This document shows positions 9,971 through 19,874 of a DNA stretch of 64,000 bases, piece after piece. The translations under genes and the position numbers were made by a program. Position 1 is the stretch's first letter. Every line of letters starts with the position of its first letter. This DNA comes from Candidatus Iainarchaeum sp. Its GTDB lineage: Archaea; Iainarchaeota; Iainarchaeia; Iainarchaeales; GCA-2688035. The notes under the pieces were generated by a model that searched no databases, was not told where the DNA came from, and saw only the letters and a list, made by a program, of their open reading frames with translations. Location of the stretch: the NCBI GenBank assembly GCA_017610205.1, contig JAFCCL010000003.1:1-64000 (forward strand), given 5' to 3'.

Positions 9971-11212
9971 TTAAACGCCACCTATAATTAAGTTCTCTTC
10001 TTTTATTTCATCACTTGTACCAGTAACAGAATTTACATACTTATCGCCTACTTTGATTGAAGCAATGTTTAGAATATATTTGCTACCAACTTTTACATCT
10101 TTTAAAATAATAAAGTTTGCACCAGATACCTCGTGTGAAATTTCGCCACTGGTTGTACCTTCCTCTTTCACAGTCAGCGCAGTATTAATCTTTGCAATTG
10201 GATTGCTTACTTTTCCCTCCAATTGAGAAATCCAATCTTTGAAATCAATCTTTACATCACCTGTTTCTGCATTAGGCGGTGGAATTAATTCATAATACTT
10301 TTTCAAAATATCAACATAATCTTGTCCAAGCCTAATTTTGACTTGCTGAACATAAGTTCCTTCATATACAGAAAAATGGTCAAGGTAAAGATTTAATTGG
10401 ACGCCTGAAGATGCGTGAGTGCGCCAATTTTCCACAGTATCTTCAGCAAAATTAATTGTTTCATCTAATTTTCCCAAAACTTTGGTGTCAAAGTCTGCTG
10501 AGCCAACTAGTTTTATACCAGGAACGTGACCACCCCAAAAGCTTGTCCAGCCAGCTACGCCGCCTGCTTTATCATATACTTCACCTATATCAAGAACAAT
10601 TATTTTTTCACCATGCTCTTTTCCAACAAATTCAATAGAGCATTTTCTTTCAACACACTCTATTTCTTCAGCAAAGTCTTGCTGGTCTGGATTTAATTCC
10701 GAAATATAAAAAGTTTTTACTACAGTTGCTGTAGGCTCAGGTCTTTGCCCTTCCATTTTTTCCTGAATGGTTTTTGCATTTTCGTTTGCAACAAAGGCCT
10801 TTAACTTTGGTAAAATATTTATAGGCAACGAAATTTTTAATTCATTAACGTGAACACAATCATTTATATTGCATTCGTCAAAAAATAGGTCAATAAATAT
10901 TTTGGAATCAAAAAGCATCTGTTCACTATGTCTTTGTTCAGGAAAATTCAGAGTTTGGTTTGGATAACCGCCTGCCACGCTTATTTCAAAAGGCATTATG
11001 TCAAGATCTTCATTGTAAGTTTTACATCTAAGTGTTATTAGTACAACATTGTCGTTGATTAACTGAATTGTGTCACTGTTTTCATAACAATCCATACCAG
11101 CGCTTATTTGCTGCCAGGTTCCGGTATCTAAGCTAATTTCGCGATTGAATGTTGATGAAAGAGCGGTTGGAAGCAAAAGAATTAAAATCAAAAACAGGAA
11201 AGCTTTGCGCAT
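9971..11212 (-). CDS. secreted hypothetical protein
   Basis: probable start MRKAFLFL (signal peptide); 413 aa. Confidence 0.7.
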   Translation of the reverse strand: MRKAFLFLILILLLPTALSSTFNREISLDTGTWQQISAGMDCYENSDTIQLINDNVVLITLRCKTYNEDLDIMPFEISVAGGYPNQTLNFPEQRHSEQMLFDSKIFIDLFFDECNINDCVHVNELKISLPINILPKLKAFVANENAKTIQEKMEGQRPEPTATVVKTFYISELNPDQQDFAEEIECVERKCSIEFVGKEHGEKIIVLDIGEVYDKAGGVAGWTSFWGGHVPGIKLVGSADFDTKVLGKLDETINFAEDTVENWRTHASSGVQLNLYLDHFSVYEGTYVQQVKIRLGQDYVDILKKYYELIPPPNAETGDVKIDFKDWISQLEGKVSNPIAKINTALTVKEEGTTSGEISHEVSGANFIILKDVKVGSKYILNIASIKVGDKYVNSVTGTSDEIKEENLIIGGV

Positions 11213-11214
11213 TT

Positions 11215-11862
11215 TTAGATTCCTCCACAACTGTCTTTAAGTTCAACCGTACTTTTTTCCATTTCAAACTGGTTTTCTGCAAGTTCTACACCAAGATTAA
11301 TTACAATAATCTTATCAAGTCCCGAAATTTGGCTTTGAACAGGGTATTTTAAATTAAAGGACGAAATTGAAGAATCAATATTTTCCAGCAAATCTATTCT
11401 TTCCCTGCCAATCAAATCCCTGCTTTCAAACAAGACAGTATAATCGCAATAGTCATTAATACTTAGAGCTGAAACTGCATCAAGCTTTACATCAAATTCC
11501 TGAGTTCTTTCTATAAAGTCAACAAACTGTATAGAAATGTCTGCCATTTCGTCCAAAGCAGCTTTGCTTTCAGAATCATAACTGTTTAGATTGCTTTTAA
11601 AATCTAATAAATTGGAATTAAGGGACGAAAGCTGTGCGGTGTTCAACGAAGTTAAATCAGCCACAAAACCAGGACTAAATAATTCAACTCCTTTTGAGTT
11701 AAAAATATCTTTTAAAACATCTAAACCAGATTCAAAATCATCTTCTAAAATAGGCGCAGGACCAGGACCTGGAACTGGTTCCAATGGTACAAACAAGTAG
11801 ACTGCTGCCACAGCAATAATTATTGCAACAATTATGCCAAGGTTTTTGTATCTTGAATCCAC
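11215..11862 (-). CDS. membrane-anchored helical hypothetical protein
   Basis: N-terminal TM, PGPGPAP linker, acidic helical body. Confidence 0.7.
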   Translation of the reverse strand: MDSRYKNLGIIVAIIIAVAAVYLFVPLEPVPGPGPAPILEDDFESGLDVLKDIFNSKGVELFSPGFVADLTSLNTAQLSSLNSNLLDFKSNLNSYDSESKAALDEMADISIQFVDFIERTQEFDVKLDAVSALSINDYCDYTVLFESRDLIGRERIDLLENIDSSISSFNLKYPVQSQISGLDKIIVINLGVELAENQFEMEKSTVELKDSCGGI

Positions 11863-12004
11863 TGTAGTACACCTCTTAATGTAATAAATTACTCTTTTAT
11901 GTTATATAATAAGGTTGTGTTTTATCCACTTGCATTGTTTGAAGGGAAAGGCAATTGCCGAATTTTTGGAATTGTTTTTTAAGTTGTGCAACAACGCCTG
12001 TTTT

Positions 12005-12421
12005 ATGAAGAAATTTTATGTTGACACAAATATTTGGCCGGATTTTGCTTTAAACAGAAGGGACAGCATTAGGCCGCTTGGAGAATTGGCTTTTTCATTT
12101 TTTAGGAAAGTAGTCAGAAAAAAGTGGCAAATATTATATTCCAACTTTGTTGTAGGAGAATTAGAGCAACATTTAAAGCCTTGGGAAATGCAAGAAAGAT
12201 GCTTTGGAATTGTTTCAGATAAGGGCTTACTGTTTAAAGTTGCACTATCAACAGAACAGTCTTTTGAAGCTGAAAGGGTATCCAAAAAGTTTGGCGTTCC
12301 GTTTGGAGACGCAATACATGCCATTATAGCAAGAGACAGCAAGGCAGTTGTTGTTTCAAGAGACAGACACTTTCAAACACTTCATGAAATAGTCACTACT
12401 TTTTTGCCTGAGGAGATCTAA
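12005..12421 (+). CDS. PIN-domain (VapC-like) toxin
   Basis: FYVDTN...EL...GDAIHAIIA...SRDRHF PIN motifs; start at MKKFY. Confidence 0.9.
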   Translation: MKKFYVDTNIWPDFALNRRDSIRPLGELAFSFFRKVVRKKWQILYSNFVVGELEQHLKPWEMQERCFGIVSDKGLLFKVALSTEQSFEAERVSKKFGVPFGDAIHAIIARDSKAVVVSRDRHFQTLHEIVTTFLPEEI

Positions 12422-12680
12422 GTTTTGCTACCAAATCTCTTGCAACCTCTTCACGCACACGCTCATATTCCTCTTCGGTCGGCTCCTTGTAGCCAGCTCT
12501 TTTGGCAAAGCCCTTTGCCTTTGCAAGTTTTCTAATTGCCAGTTCAGTGCTAAGCCTGTCGTGCAATTCCCTGATTGCCTGCCTGATATACTCTGTTTTT
12601 GTGCTGTAATTGAATTCCTTCAAATCTTTTTCAACAACACTATCAAGCTTTTTTCCAAGCCTTAGACTAATAACATCCAT
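12396..12680 (-). CDS. ribbon-helix-helix protein (VapB/CopG-like)
   Basis: MDVISLRL...YSTKTEYIRQAIRE; palindrome GTAATAC-AAA-GTATTAC at 12681-12697. Confidence 0.8.
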   Translation of the reverse strand: MDVISLRLGKKLDSVVEKDLKEFNYSTKTEYIRQAIRELHDRLSTELAIRKLAKAKGFAKRAGYKEPTEEEYERVREEVARDLVAKLRSPQAKK

Positions 12681-12779
12681 GTAATACAAAGTATTACAAA
12701 GGGGTTAAAAATCTTTCTAAAAGGCTTTAATGCAAAGACAAGCCCTTTTTTAATTTTTTACAATTTATATGCTAATAGA

Positions 12780-13712
12780 ATGAGTGAAGAAATTGTTGAC
12801 GTTGCAATTATTGGTGGGGGGCCTGCAGGAATTACTGCTGCGATTTATGCAAAAAGAAAGGCCTTAAGCGTAAAGCTTTTTGAATCAAAGGCAGTTGGAG
12901 GGCAAACCGCTGACGCCATTTGGGTTGAAAACTACCCTGGAATTAAAAAAATAAATGGAATGGAATTAATGCAGCAAATGTCAGAGCATTTGAATGAATT
13001 TGGAGTTGAACCAGAAGAAGCTGCAGAGGTTACAGGTGTGAAAAAAACAGGCGAATTGTTTGAACTTGACATTGAAAACGGAGAAGAAAAACTTCTTGCA
13101 AAAAGCATTATACTCTGCACAGGAAGCAAATACAGGGAGCTTGGTGTTCCAGGTGAAAAAGAATTGTATGGCAGGGGATTAAGCTATTGTGCCACATGCG
13201 ACGGCCCAGGATTTAAGGATAAGGTTGTTGCAGTTATAGGGGCAGGAAATTCAGGAGCAAACGCAGCTTTGTTCTTTGCAGGAATCTGCAAAAAGGTTTA
13301 CTTAATTGAGTTTGGAAAAAAACCTGTTTTTGATTCAGTTTACTCCAAACCATTAAAGGAAGAGTCAAAGATTGAATTAATGGTAAATATGCAGACTGTT
13401 GGAATTGAAGGAAAGGAAAAGGTTAAGGGCATTAAAATAAAAGACATGAAAAATGGAGCGGAAAAAGTAATTCCTGTTGACGGAGTATTTGTTTATATTG
13501 GAAGTGTTCCACAAAATGCTTTGGCAAAACAGCTTGATCTAAAAATTGACAGAAAAGGGTTTGTTGAAGTTGACAAAGGCAATAAAGCAAGCATTTCAGG
13601 TGTGTTTGCTGCAGGAGACATTACTGGAGAGCTTGCGCAGACAATTGTAGCTGCTGGTTCAGGGGCTGTTGCAGCAACCTCTGTGTTTGAGTTTGTAAAG
13701 GGTTTGAAATAA
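12780..13712 (+). CDS. trxB: thioredoxin-disulfide reductase
   Basis: GGGPAG, SYCATCDG, VIGAGNSG, GVFAAGD. Confidence 0.93.
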   Translation: MSEEIVDVAIIGGGPAGITAAIYAKRKALSVKLFESKAVGGQTADAIWVENYPGIKKINGMELMQQMSEHLNEFGVEPEEAAEVTGVKKTGELFELDIENGEEKLLAKSIILCTGSKYRELGVPGEKELYGRGLSYCATCDGPGFKDKVVAVIGAGNSGANAALFFAGICKKVYLIEFGKKPVFDSVYSKPLKEESKIELMVNMQTVGIEGKEKVKGIKIKDMKNGAEKVIPVDGVFVYIGSVPQNALAKQLDLKIDRKGFVEVDKGNKASISGVFAAGDITGELAQTIVAAGSGAVAATSVFEFVKGLK

Positions 13713-13765
13713 AAGGTATAAAAGACTTGAAGCAAAATGCGTAAAGGACTTGAAGTGGTTGAAAA

Positions 13766-14428
13766 ATGGTTGAGCTAAACGACCAAAACTTTTATTACGG
13801 AAATATTGGCGGAAAACTACTTGGCAACAAGGAAAGGGAAAGTGCTATTCTTGAAGAGCTTGCAACCTTGAAGCGAAATGATTTCTTTTTGGAGGTTGGA
13901 TGTGCACAGGGATATTTTGAAAAAATTGCAAGGCGCTTTTGCCAAAATGTCTTTGGAGGAGACTACACTTTTGAAAAACTCCCGGTTTCTGAAAAAGAAT
14001 TTGCCGGTTGCCATTTTGCAGGAATAGATGCAGAAATGCTTCCGTTCAAAGACAAAAGCTTTGACTTTGTTTTATGCACAGAGGTTTTGGAGCATGTGCC
14101 AAAATGGGGAAAGGCGCTTAAGGAATTGCAAAGGGTTGCAAGGAAAAAAATTCTTGTAACCGTTCCTTTGGAAAAAGGAGTTTTTTGGCAGACACTAAGC
14201 CTCTTTAGGAGAATGGAAACAAGAGGCCACTTGCACAAAATTGGAAGCAGTGATTTAAAACAAGGCATTGGAAAAGACTGGCAGGTTACAAGGCACAAAA
14301 TTGTTGCAACCCCAAGCAGGCATGTAAACAAAGTTGTTGGAAAAAGGCTTGGGGAAATGATTGGAATGTATGCAGTTCTGTTGTTTGAAAAAGACGAAAA
14401 ACACAAAGCAAGTCCAAAAAGAAAGTAA
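13766..14428 (+). CDS. class I SAM-dependent methyltransferase
   Basis: LEVGCAQG, LPFKDKSFDFVLCTEVLEHV. Confidence 0.9.
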   Translation: MVELNDQNFYYGNIGGKLLGNKERESAILEELATLKRNDFFLEVGCAQGYFEKIARRFCQNVFGGDYTFEKLPVSEKEFAGCHFAGIDAEMLPFKDKSFDFVLCTEVLEHVPKWGKALKELQRVARKKILVTVPLEKGVFWQTLSLFRRMETRGHLHKIGSSDLKQGIGKDWQVTRHKIVATPSRHVNKVVGKRLGEMIGMYAVLLFEKDEKHKASPKRK

Positions 14429-14429
14429 T

Positions 14430-14464
14430 TTATATAACATGTTATATAAGATGTTATATAAGAT
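14430..14464. promoter_or_regulatory. operator array upstream of RHH gene
   Basis: perfect 20-bp palindrome TTATATAACATGTTATATAA plus tandem ATGTTATATAAG repeats. Confidence 0.55.
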
Positions 14465-14473
14465 GTATGTTAG

Positions 14474-14737
14474 GTGGTTTGCATTAAGCATTATTCTCTT
14501 GTAATTGACCCAAAGCTTGTAAAGGAAATTGATAAACTGGTTAAAGAACATGGAATTTTCAGCAGCAGAAGCGATTTTATCAGAGACTCTATTAGGGCAA
14601 GGCTTATTGAGGTAAGAAAAAGCCTTTTGAGCAAGGAAGTGGAAAAGCCTGATGAAGAAGAGTTTGAAATTGAAGAAAAGGTTGTTGAAGAGGCAATGGA
14701 AGAATTGGACGAGTACAAATTTGGTGGAGTTCACTGA
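14474..14737 (+). CDS. CopG/RHH transcription regulator
   Basis: YSLVIDPKLVKEIDKLV...SSRSDFIRDSIR. Confidence 0.85.
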   Translation: MVCIKHYSLVIDPKLVKEIDKLVKEHGIFSSRSDFIRDSIRARLIEVRKSLLSKEVEKPDEEEFEIEEKVVEEAMEELDEYKFGGVH

Positions 14738-15243
14738 TGAACAAAAGAAGAGTAACGAAAAACTTTTTGCAAAAGAAACCTGTGGGTCAGATTGAGCTTT
14801 TTACAGGCATTGTAAATAAACAAACTCCCAGAGAACAGGTTTTTGCTGAAAAACTGTATTCAGCAGGGCTTATTCCAGCAACAGTTAGAAGAAAAAGGCG
14901 TAAAAAAGGCAGACCAATGACAATTAATGTTAAAACAGAGGTTTCAAAAGCTGCTGCTGTCCTGTTGAAAGTAAAAGGAGTAAACTTGAATGCATTGTGC
15001 ATTATTTTGAAAAGCAAGGAAAGGCCGAGTGTGGAGTCTGTCCTAAAAAGGGGGGTTGTCGCTGCAATAAAAAGAAGCCCTGAAGAACAAAAGAATCTGA
15101 AGGACGCACTTGAAGTAATTATCTACTTTGCAAATAGGAACAAAGACAGAAAGGATATTGCAAAAAAATTTGCCCCTGATGCAAAAGAAAAAACAGAGAA
15201 GAACAGGCAGAAAAGACATTTGAAAGACATTACAGGAAGCTAA
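14737..15243 (+). CDS. basic hypothetical protein
   Basis: 168-aa ORF coupled to upstream stop (TGATG). Confidence 0.55.
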   Translation: MNKRRVTKNFLQKKPVGQIELFTGIVNKQTPREQVFAEKLYSAGLIPATVRRKRRKKGRPMTINVKTEVSKAAAVLLKVKGVNLNALCIILKSKERPSVESVLKRGVVAAIKRSPEEQKNLKDALEVIIYFANRNKDRKDIAKKFAPDAKEKTEKNRQKRHLKDITGS

Positions 15244-15295
15244 CACTTTGAAAATCATTGTTTTTTAATTGTTTTATATAGTATTATATTCGGGT

Positions 15296-16189
15296 ATGGG
15301 AAAGATAACTGTTTCAGAAAAAGGCGGTGATTTTGCATTGCTTGTCCAGCAACAGGAATTTAAAGAGCTTGGACTTGACTCAAAAGCATGCTATGAGTTG
15401 GTAAAGGCAAAGAAAGGAATTTGGGTTTTGGTTGCATGTGAAAATCCTGTTCAAAAAGAAAATCCTTTGGATAAAAAGATTTTTGCATTGCTTAAGAAAA
15501 AGAACTTAAAAGACAGGGTTGAAAAAAGATTTGAAACATTTTTAAGCACAGAAGAGCTTGTGCGCTTTAACGAACTTTTGAAAGAAGGCGGAGTTGTTGC
15601 ATTCAAATTAAGCCCAAAATACAAAATGGCTGTTTACAAGACAAGGGAAGAAATTGAAAAAAATGTAAAAATGGATTTTGAAACAGGAAATGAAACAAGT
15701 AACAAAACCAAAAATGAAACCAGTGGAGAAAAAATCGCTGAAGGAAAATCCAGTGGAAAAAAAGCCAGCGAAAAAAAAGTTGTTGGAAAAAAGGAATCAG
15801 AAACAGTTGGCACAGGAAAAAAGGAATCAGAATTCTTTGAAGCAAAAGAGAAGCGCCCAGACCAGTACACTTTTGAAAAAGACGGCTTTCTTGTATTCAA
15901 AAATGCACAAAATGCAAAGATTTTGAGCGTCAAACTCAAAAAAGAAATTGATGAAGGCAAGATACGGGGAATTAAAAGCTTTGACGGGTTTTATTATGTT
16001 GTGGAAAATGCTTTATATCAAAGGCACAGGGCAAACGTGCTTTCAGCAATAAAAGAAAAGGCAGCAGGTGTTGCAGGGATTGCTGAACAGATAGAAATTA
16101 GTAAAATGCTTGCAAGAGTTGTGTGCGAGCTTTTGAAGGATGAGGGTGAAATAATTGAAAAAAGAAAAGACAATTTCCAGGCAATCTAA
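15296..16189 (+). CDS. hypothetical protein with C-terminal wHTH-like segment
   Basis: long ORF, low-complexity linker, C-terminal ...AEQIEISKMLARVVCELLKDEGEI. Confidence 0.6.
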   Translation: MGKITVSEKGGDFALLVQQQEFKELGLDSKACYELVKAKKGIWVLVACENPVQKENPLDKKIFALLKKKNLKDRVEKRFETFLSTEELVRFNELLKEGGVVAFKLSPKYKMAVYKTREEIEKNVKMDFETGNETSNKTKNETSGEKIAEGKSSGKKASEKKVVGKKESETVGTGKKESEFFEAKEKRPDQYTFEKDGFLVFKNAQNAKILSVKLKKEIDEGKIRGIKSFDGFYYVVENALYQRHRANVLSAIKEKAAGVAGIAEQIEISKMLARVVCELLKDEGEIIEKRKDNFQAI

Positions 16190-16673
16190 GAAAAATGAGA
16201 AAAAAGCTGCAGAAAAAAAAGCAGTGGCAGGAAAAAAAGGAATTATAGACGCGGAGCAGGTTGAAAAGCCAAAGGGGCCAAAAATTCTTGTTCCGTTGCT
16301 TTCAAAAAGAGAAGGCGAAGAAGGGTTTATTGAAGCTGTTGCCCCGGGAGCAGGTGAGATAATTCTTTTGCTTGTTATTGACACATCTGCAATGGCAGGA
16401 GGGTTTGGGTTTGCTACGGGGGAAATTGCAGTAGGCAATGTACTAATGCAAAAAGTCAAAACAGCTTTTGGAAAGAAAAGAAAAACGTGCAATGACATTA
16501 TTGAATGGGGAGACACTGCAAACAAAATAGAGCATTTGGCACAATTGAATCAGGTTGCAAAAATTTTTGTAGTAAAGCAGGATAACGATTTTTTCAAAAA
16601 ACTGTTGAATGATATGAAGGAAAAATTGCCAAAAATTGAAATTCACGAAATTGAATTGAGTAAAGCAGAATGA
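16155..16673 (+). CDS. universal stress protein-like
   Basis: KILVPL...LLLVID...IIEWGDTANKI resembles a USP fold; start uncertain. Confidence 0.55.
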   Translation: MKKEKTISRQSKKNEKKAAEKKAVAGKKGIIDAEQVEKPKGPKILVPLLSKREGEEGFIEAVAPGAGEIILLLVIDTSAMAGGFGFATGEIAVGNVLMQKVKTAFGKKRKTCNDIIEWGDTANKIEHLAQLNQVAKIFVVKQDNDFFKKLLNDMKEKLPKIEIHEIELSKAE

Positions 16674-16738
16674 TTGAAGAAATTGGATTGACTGAAGCAG
16701 AATAGATGCAAAAAATTAAATCGGGTGAAGAAGAGTAA

Positions 16739-17818
16739 TTAACCGTAAACTATTTTTTTTGCTTTTGGCAGATTTTTTTTTGCTTTTGCCTGATGTTCTT
16801 TAAGGAATTTGCCCAGGTAATCTATTGTAAGTTTTTTGCATTCGCCGCAAAGCCTTTGGCCTGATTTGCATTTTTCCAAAATGTCCTTTAGTTTTGCATC
16901 GCTTTCCAAGTGAAATAAGTCAAGTTTGTACTTTTTGCAAATTTCCGGCTTTCCTCCAAGTCTTCTTTGCTCTTCTGCAGTTGGCCTTCCGCCAGTAAAG
17001 CAATTGCTGATTTTTTTCTTAGCATCCTGTTCACTGTCATTTAAGAAAATTGCAGTTTCAGGATGTGAAGACGACATTTTTCGACCTTCCTTTAATCCTG
17101 ATTGGTGCCTGAAGTAAATAAAACTTGGGGTTTCCAAATCATAAGGAAGCCTTTTTGAAACATCGCGGGTTGCTCTTGCATGGGGGTCCTGGTCAAGACC
17201 TATTCCAGTAATGCTTGGCATCTTTCCGCTGTACTCAGGCAGCTGTCCATGCAATATGTCAGCATACTGCAATAGGTTTGCACTTACTTTCCCCAAATCA
17301 AGGTGACCATAGATTGCTTCAAATGTTTTTGCAGTAATCTTTTTTCCAATCTCAAAAGCAAAGCTATAGTATTCTTTTTCTTTGTTGCCTTGAACATAAA
17401 TGTCTTTTTTGTTCAGACCAAGGGCAAGCGCATCGGCAACGTTTTGCACTGCAATCTCTTTCGCCTGTGCAATTGATTTTATTTTTTCACGACTGCAGTA
17501 TGCGTCAATGTCGCATACACAAAAGTAATTTTTGGCTCCAAGACTTTTAAAAAATACAAAAAGGTCAAGGTCTGCCTTGTGACCCAAATGATAAGGCCCG
17601 GAAGAGGCAATGCCTGTAATATTAATGAATTTCTTTTTTTCTTTAATTCTTTTTAGTACCTTTTCAAAATCACGGTGTGCCACAACAATGTTTCTTTTAA
17701 AAAAACGGTGCTTAAGCTGACTTCTCATGCTTTCAGGAAATTCTGTTAAGCCAAATTTTTTGAAAACATGCTCGTAATCATTTACGGCATTGCTTCCCCA
17801 GGGATCGATTTTTGCCAT
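16739..17818 (-). CDS. trpS: tryptophanyl-tRNA synthetase (archaeal type)
   Basis: IDPW, HLGH, GLDQDPH, KMSSS, FTGGR, CGECK. Confidence 0.93.
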   Translation of the reverse strand: MAKIDPWGSNAVNDYEHVFKKFGLTEFPESMRSQLKHRFFKRNIVVAHRDFEKVLKRIKEKKKFINITGIASSGPYHLGHKADLDLFVFFKSLGAKNYFCVCDIDAYCSREKIKSIAQAKEIAVQNVADALALGLNKKDIYVQGNKEKEYYSFAFEIGKKITAKTFEAIYGHLDLGKVSANLLQYADILHGQLPEYSGKMPSITGIGLDQDPHARATRDVSKRLPYDLETPSFIYFRHQSGLKEGRKMSSSHPETAIFLNDSEQDAKKKISNCFTGGRPTAEEQRRLGGKPEICKKYKLDLFHLESDAKLKDILEKCKSGQRLCGECKKLTIDYLGKFLKEHQAKAKKNLPKAKKIVYG

Positions 17819-17889
17819 TTTTTCACCAAAGACAACTTTTTATTAACTCTTTTTTATTTAATGTTTATTAAGTTAATAAAGCAATTAGG

Positions 17890-18408
17890 TTGATTCAAAT
17901 GTGCCTTTTGGTTGGAAATAATGCGGTTGTTGAGAAAAAGAAGCTGGCAAGCCAGTTTCAGCAGAAGGGATTTGGTGAGCGAAGCGAGGGCGAATTTGTT
18001 TTGGATTTGTACGAAGCACTTTATTTGCTTGAGAAGAAAAAGTTAAAGGTTAAAGACAAAAAAGCCAAGATTTTTTCAAAGAAAAAGTTTTTGATTTACA
18101 GTGAAAAAAAAATAAAAAATTTTTATTTAAAATTTCAGGTTTACAAAGATTTGAGGGAAAAGGGCTTTTGCACCAAGACGGGCTTCAAATTTGGTTTTGA
18201 TTTTCGCGTTTACCCAAGGGGCAAAAAACCAGGGCAGGCTCACAGCAAGTGGGTTGTAAACGCCGTAAGCCAGAATGAAAAAGTTAATATGATTGGATTG
18301 AGCAGGATGGTAAGGCTTTCAGGAAATATTAGAACCAAAATGCTAATGGCTGTTGTTGACTCTGAAAATGACGTAAACTATTATGCTGTTGAAAGGATTA
18401 CACCTTAG
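17890..18408 (+). CDS. endA: tRNA-intron endonuclease
   Basis: EALYL, VYKDLREKG..KTGFKFGFDFRVY, HS, AVVD...YY. Confidence 0.92.
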   Translation: MIQMCLLVGNNAVVEKKKLASQFQQKGFGERSEGEFVLDLYEALYLLEKKKLKVKDKKAKIFSKKKFLIYSEKKIKNFYLKFQVYKDLREKGFCTKTGFKFGFDFRVYPRGKKPGQAHSKWVVNAVSQNEKVNMIGLSRMVRLSGNIRTKMLMAVVDSENDVNYYAVERITP

Positions 18409-18542
18409 AAGAAGACGTTTCTTCAACCTGTTTGAGAGCATAAAACTTGCCTTTTGCAAAATTCTTTTTTGTTTGCTTAATCCCTTTTTTAGTTTTCCCA
18501 CTAAGCTGGCAGTCTTCACTTGAACTCACGGCCATACTTTTT

Positions 18543-18866
18543 TTAAGCTTCAACAACAAGCTTGTCTTTTCCTTCTGGATGAATTAATACCTTTTGACCC
18601 TCTTTGAAATTCAAAAATTCAGCAATTTTCTTTGGAACTCTGACTATAAGACTATTTCCACTATAACCAAGTTTTCCTTCCTGCCTAAGCCCCCAAAGTC
18701 CCATATCTTTAGCTATTTTGTCAATTTTGTCTGATGCCACCTCTGTAAAAAAGACTTCTTTACATTTAGGACATTTTTCTGCATCAAATTCACCCAATTT
18801 TCTGTCATTAAAATAATAGGGTTGGTTTCCTTTCTTCATTTTTTCATTACATGTTGGACAATTCAT
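18543..18866 (-). CDS. YgiT-type Zn finger + AbrB/MazE antitoxin-like protein
   Basis: CPTC...CPKC then SGNSLIVRVPKKIA. Confidence 0.8.
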   Translation of the reverse strand: MNCPTCNEKMKKGNQPYYFNDRKLGEFDAEKCPKCKEVFFTEVASDKIDKIAKDMGLWGLRQEGKLGYSGNSLIVRVPKKIAEFLNFKEGQKVLIHPEGKDKLVVEA

Positions 18867-18873
18867 TTTTCTA

Positions 18874-19095
18874 TCACCTGTTTTTCCAGTAAACGGTTAT
18901 AATAAAATAATTACAAGGCAGCGGCCTGTAAACAACTTCAAATCCCTTAAATACTGAAACAATTTTGTTATGCATTGTTCTTTTTGCTCCCATTAGAACC
19001 GATTCCAGAATCTCAATCTTGCTGATTCCTGTTTCAATCATTTTGTCCTTCGCATGCTGTGAAGGCCTAAAAGAACACCTGTTTGAACCTACCAT
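18874..19095 (-). CDS. DUF4258-like putative toxin
   Basis: SQHAKDKM...GIS...IITVYW; upstream of YgiT-type partner. Confidence 0.7.
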   Translation of the reverse strand: MVGSNRCSFRPSQHAKDKMIETGISKIEILESVLMGAKRTMHNKIVSVFKGFEVVYRPLPCNYFIITVYWKNR

Positions 19096-19231
19096 AATAT
19101 ACAAGTATATACAAGGAAGTTATTAAAAACTTTTACGTTATATCGTTCTTTGCCGAAAAATGTTTTAAAAAAAAATAGTTCTGGAAAAGGGGCAAAATGC
19201 CCCATTCCAAAAAAATAATATTTTCTGATTT

Positions 19232-19408
19232 TTAGAGGTCTGCTGCCCTAACGGTTTTTCTTCCGTTGGCTTTAGCTCTTTCCGCAGCTTTTGTTATAAT
19301 TCCTGCAACTTCTGTGCTCAAAGCGTCTGTTAACTCGCCTGCACAATTGCATCCTGCTGCCTTAACTGCGTCCTTTACTTTGCTTCCAACTACTAATGAG
19401 TCTCCCAT
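19232..19408 (-). CDS. non-canonical histone-fold protein (58 aa, absent from ORF track)
   Basis: MGDSLVVGSKVKDAVKAAGCNCAGELTDALSTEVAGIITKAAERAKANGRKTVRAADL; GGAGG SD upstream. Confidence 0.85.
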   Translation of the reverse strand: MGDSLVVGSKVKDAVKAAGCNCAGELTDALSTEVAGIITKAAERAKANGRKTVRAADL

Positions 19409-19550
19409 AATAGATTCCTCCTTTTGTGTTTAATTGCATTAATTTCACCAATTGAAGGCAAAATTCAAATATAACGCGGGAGAAAAGTAATTTAAAGGCA
19501 TATGGCAAAAAAGGGCAAGAAAGTGCAAAATACAGGGGTTTTGGGCTAAT

Positions 19551-19874
19551 TTAAGGCATTTTTGAAGAATGGCCTACTTTTGCTTTTTTGAACCAAATTC
19601 CGCTACCGGAAAGGGAAAAAAGCCCCAGAAGGGTTAACAACAGAACAGCAAGCATAAAAATATGCAATGCCAATGTTGCAGGGCTTTGGTCAGGAACAAT
19701 AAAGCCAAGGATTTCAAGACCTGCAATTGCAATGGAAAGAACGCAAACAGAGTAAAAAATTATAAAAGCCGGCTTAAAAAGCCCTCCAAAGTTCTTCTGG
19801 GTTTGATGGGCAAGATAAAAGACTACAAGCGCAAGCACAACAGAAACAAGGTCAAGAATAATGATTGGATTCAA
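19551..19874 (-). CDS. small multi-TM membrane protein
   Basis: TTG start after GGTGA; three hydrophobic helices; divergent from signalling operon. Confidence 0.65.
   Translation of the reverse strand: MNPIIILDLVSVVLALVVFYLAHQTQKNFGGLFKPAFIIFYSVCVLSIAIAGLEILGFIVPDQSPATLALHIFMLAVLLLTLLGLFSLSGSGIWFKKAKVGHSSKMP

Noticed and set aside
15680-15835. Short tandem repeats (AATGAAAC; GGAAAAAAGGAATCAGAA x2)
   Set aside because: They encode a low-complexity linker within a CDS.
18399-18536. 45-codon minus-strand ORF resembling an antitoxin C-terminus
   Set aside because: Short, overlaps the endA end and has no clear partner; at most a remnant.
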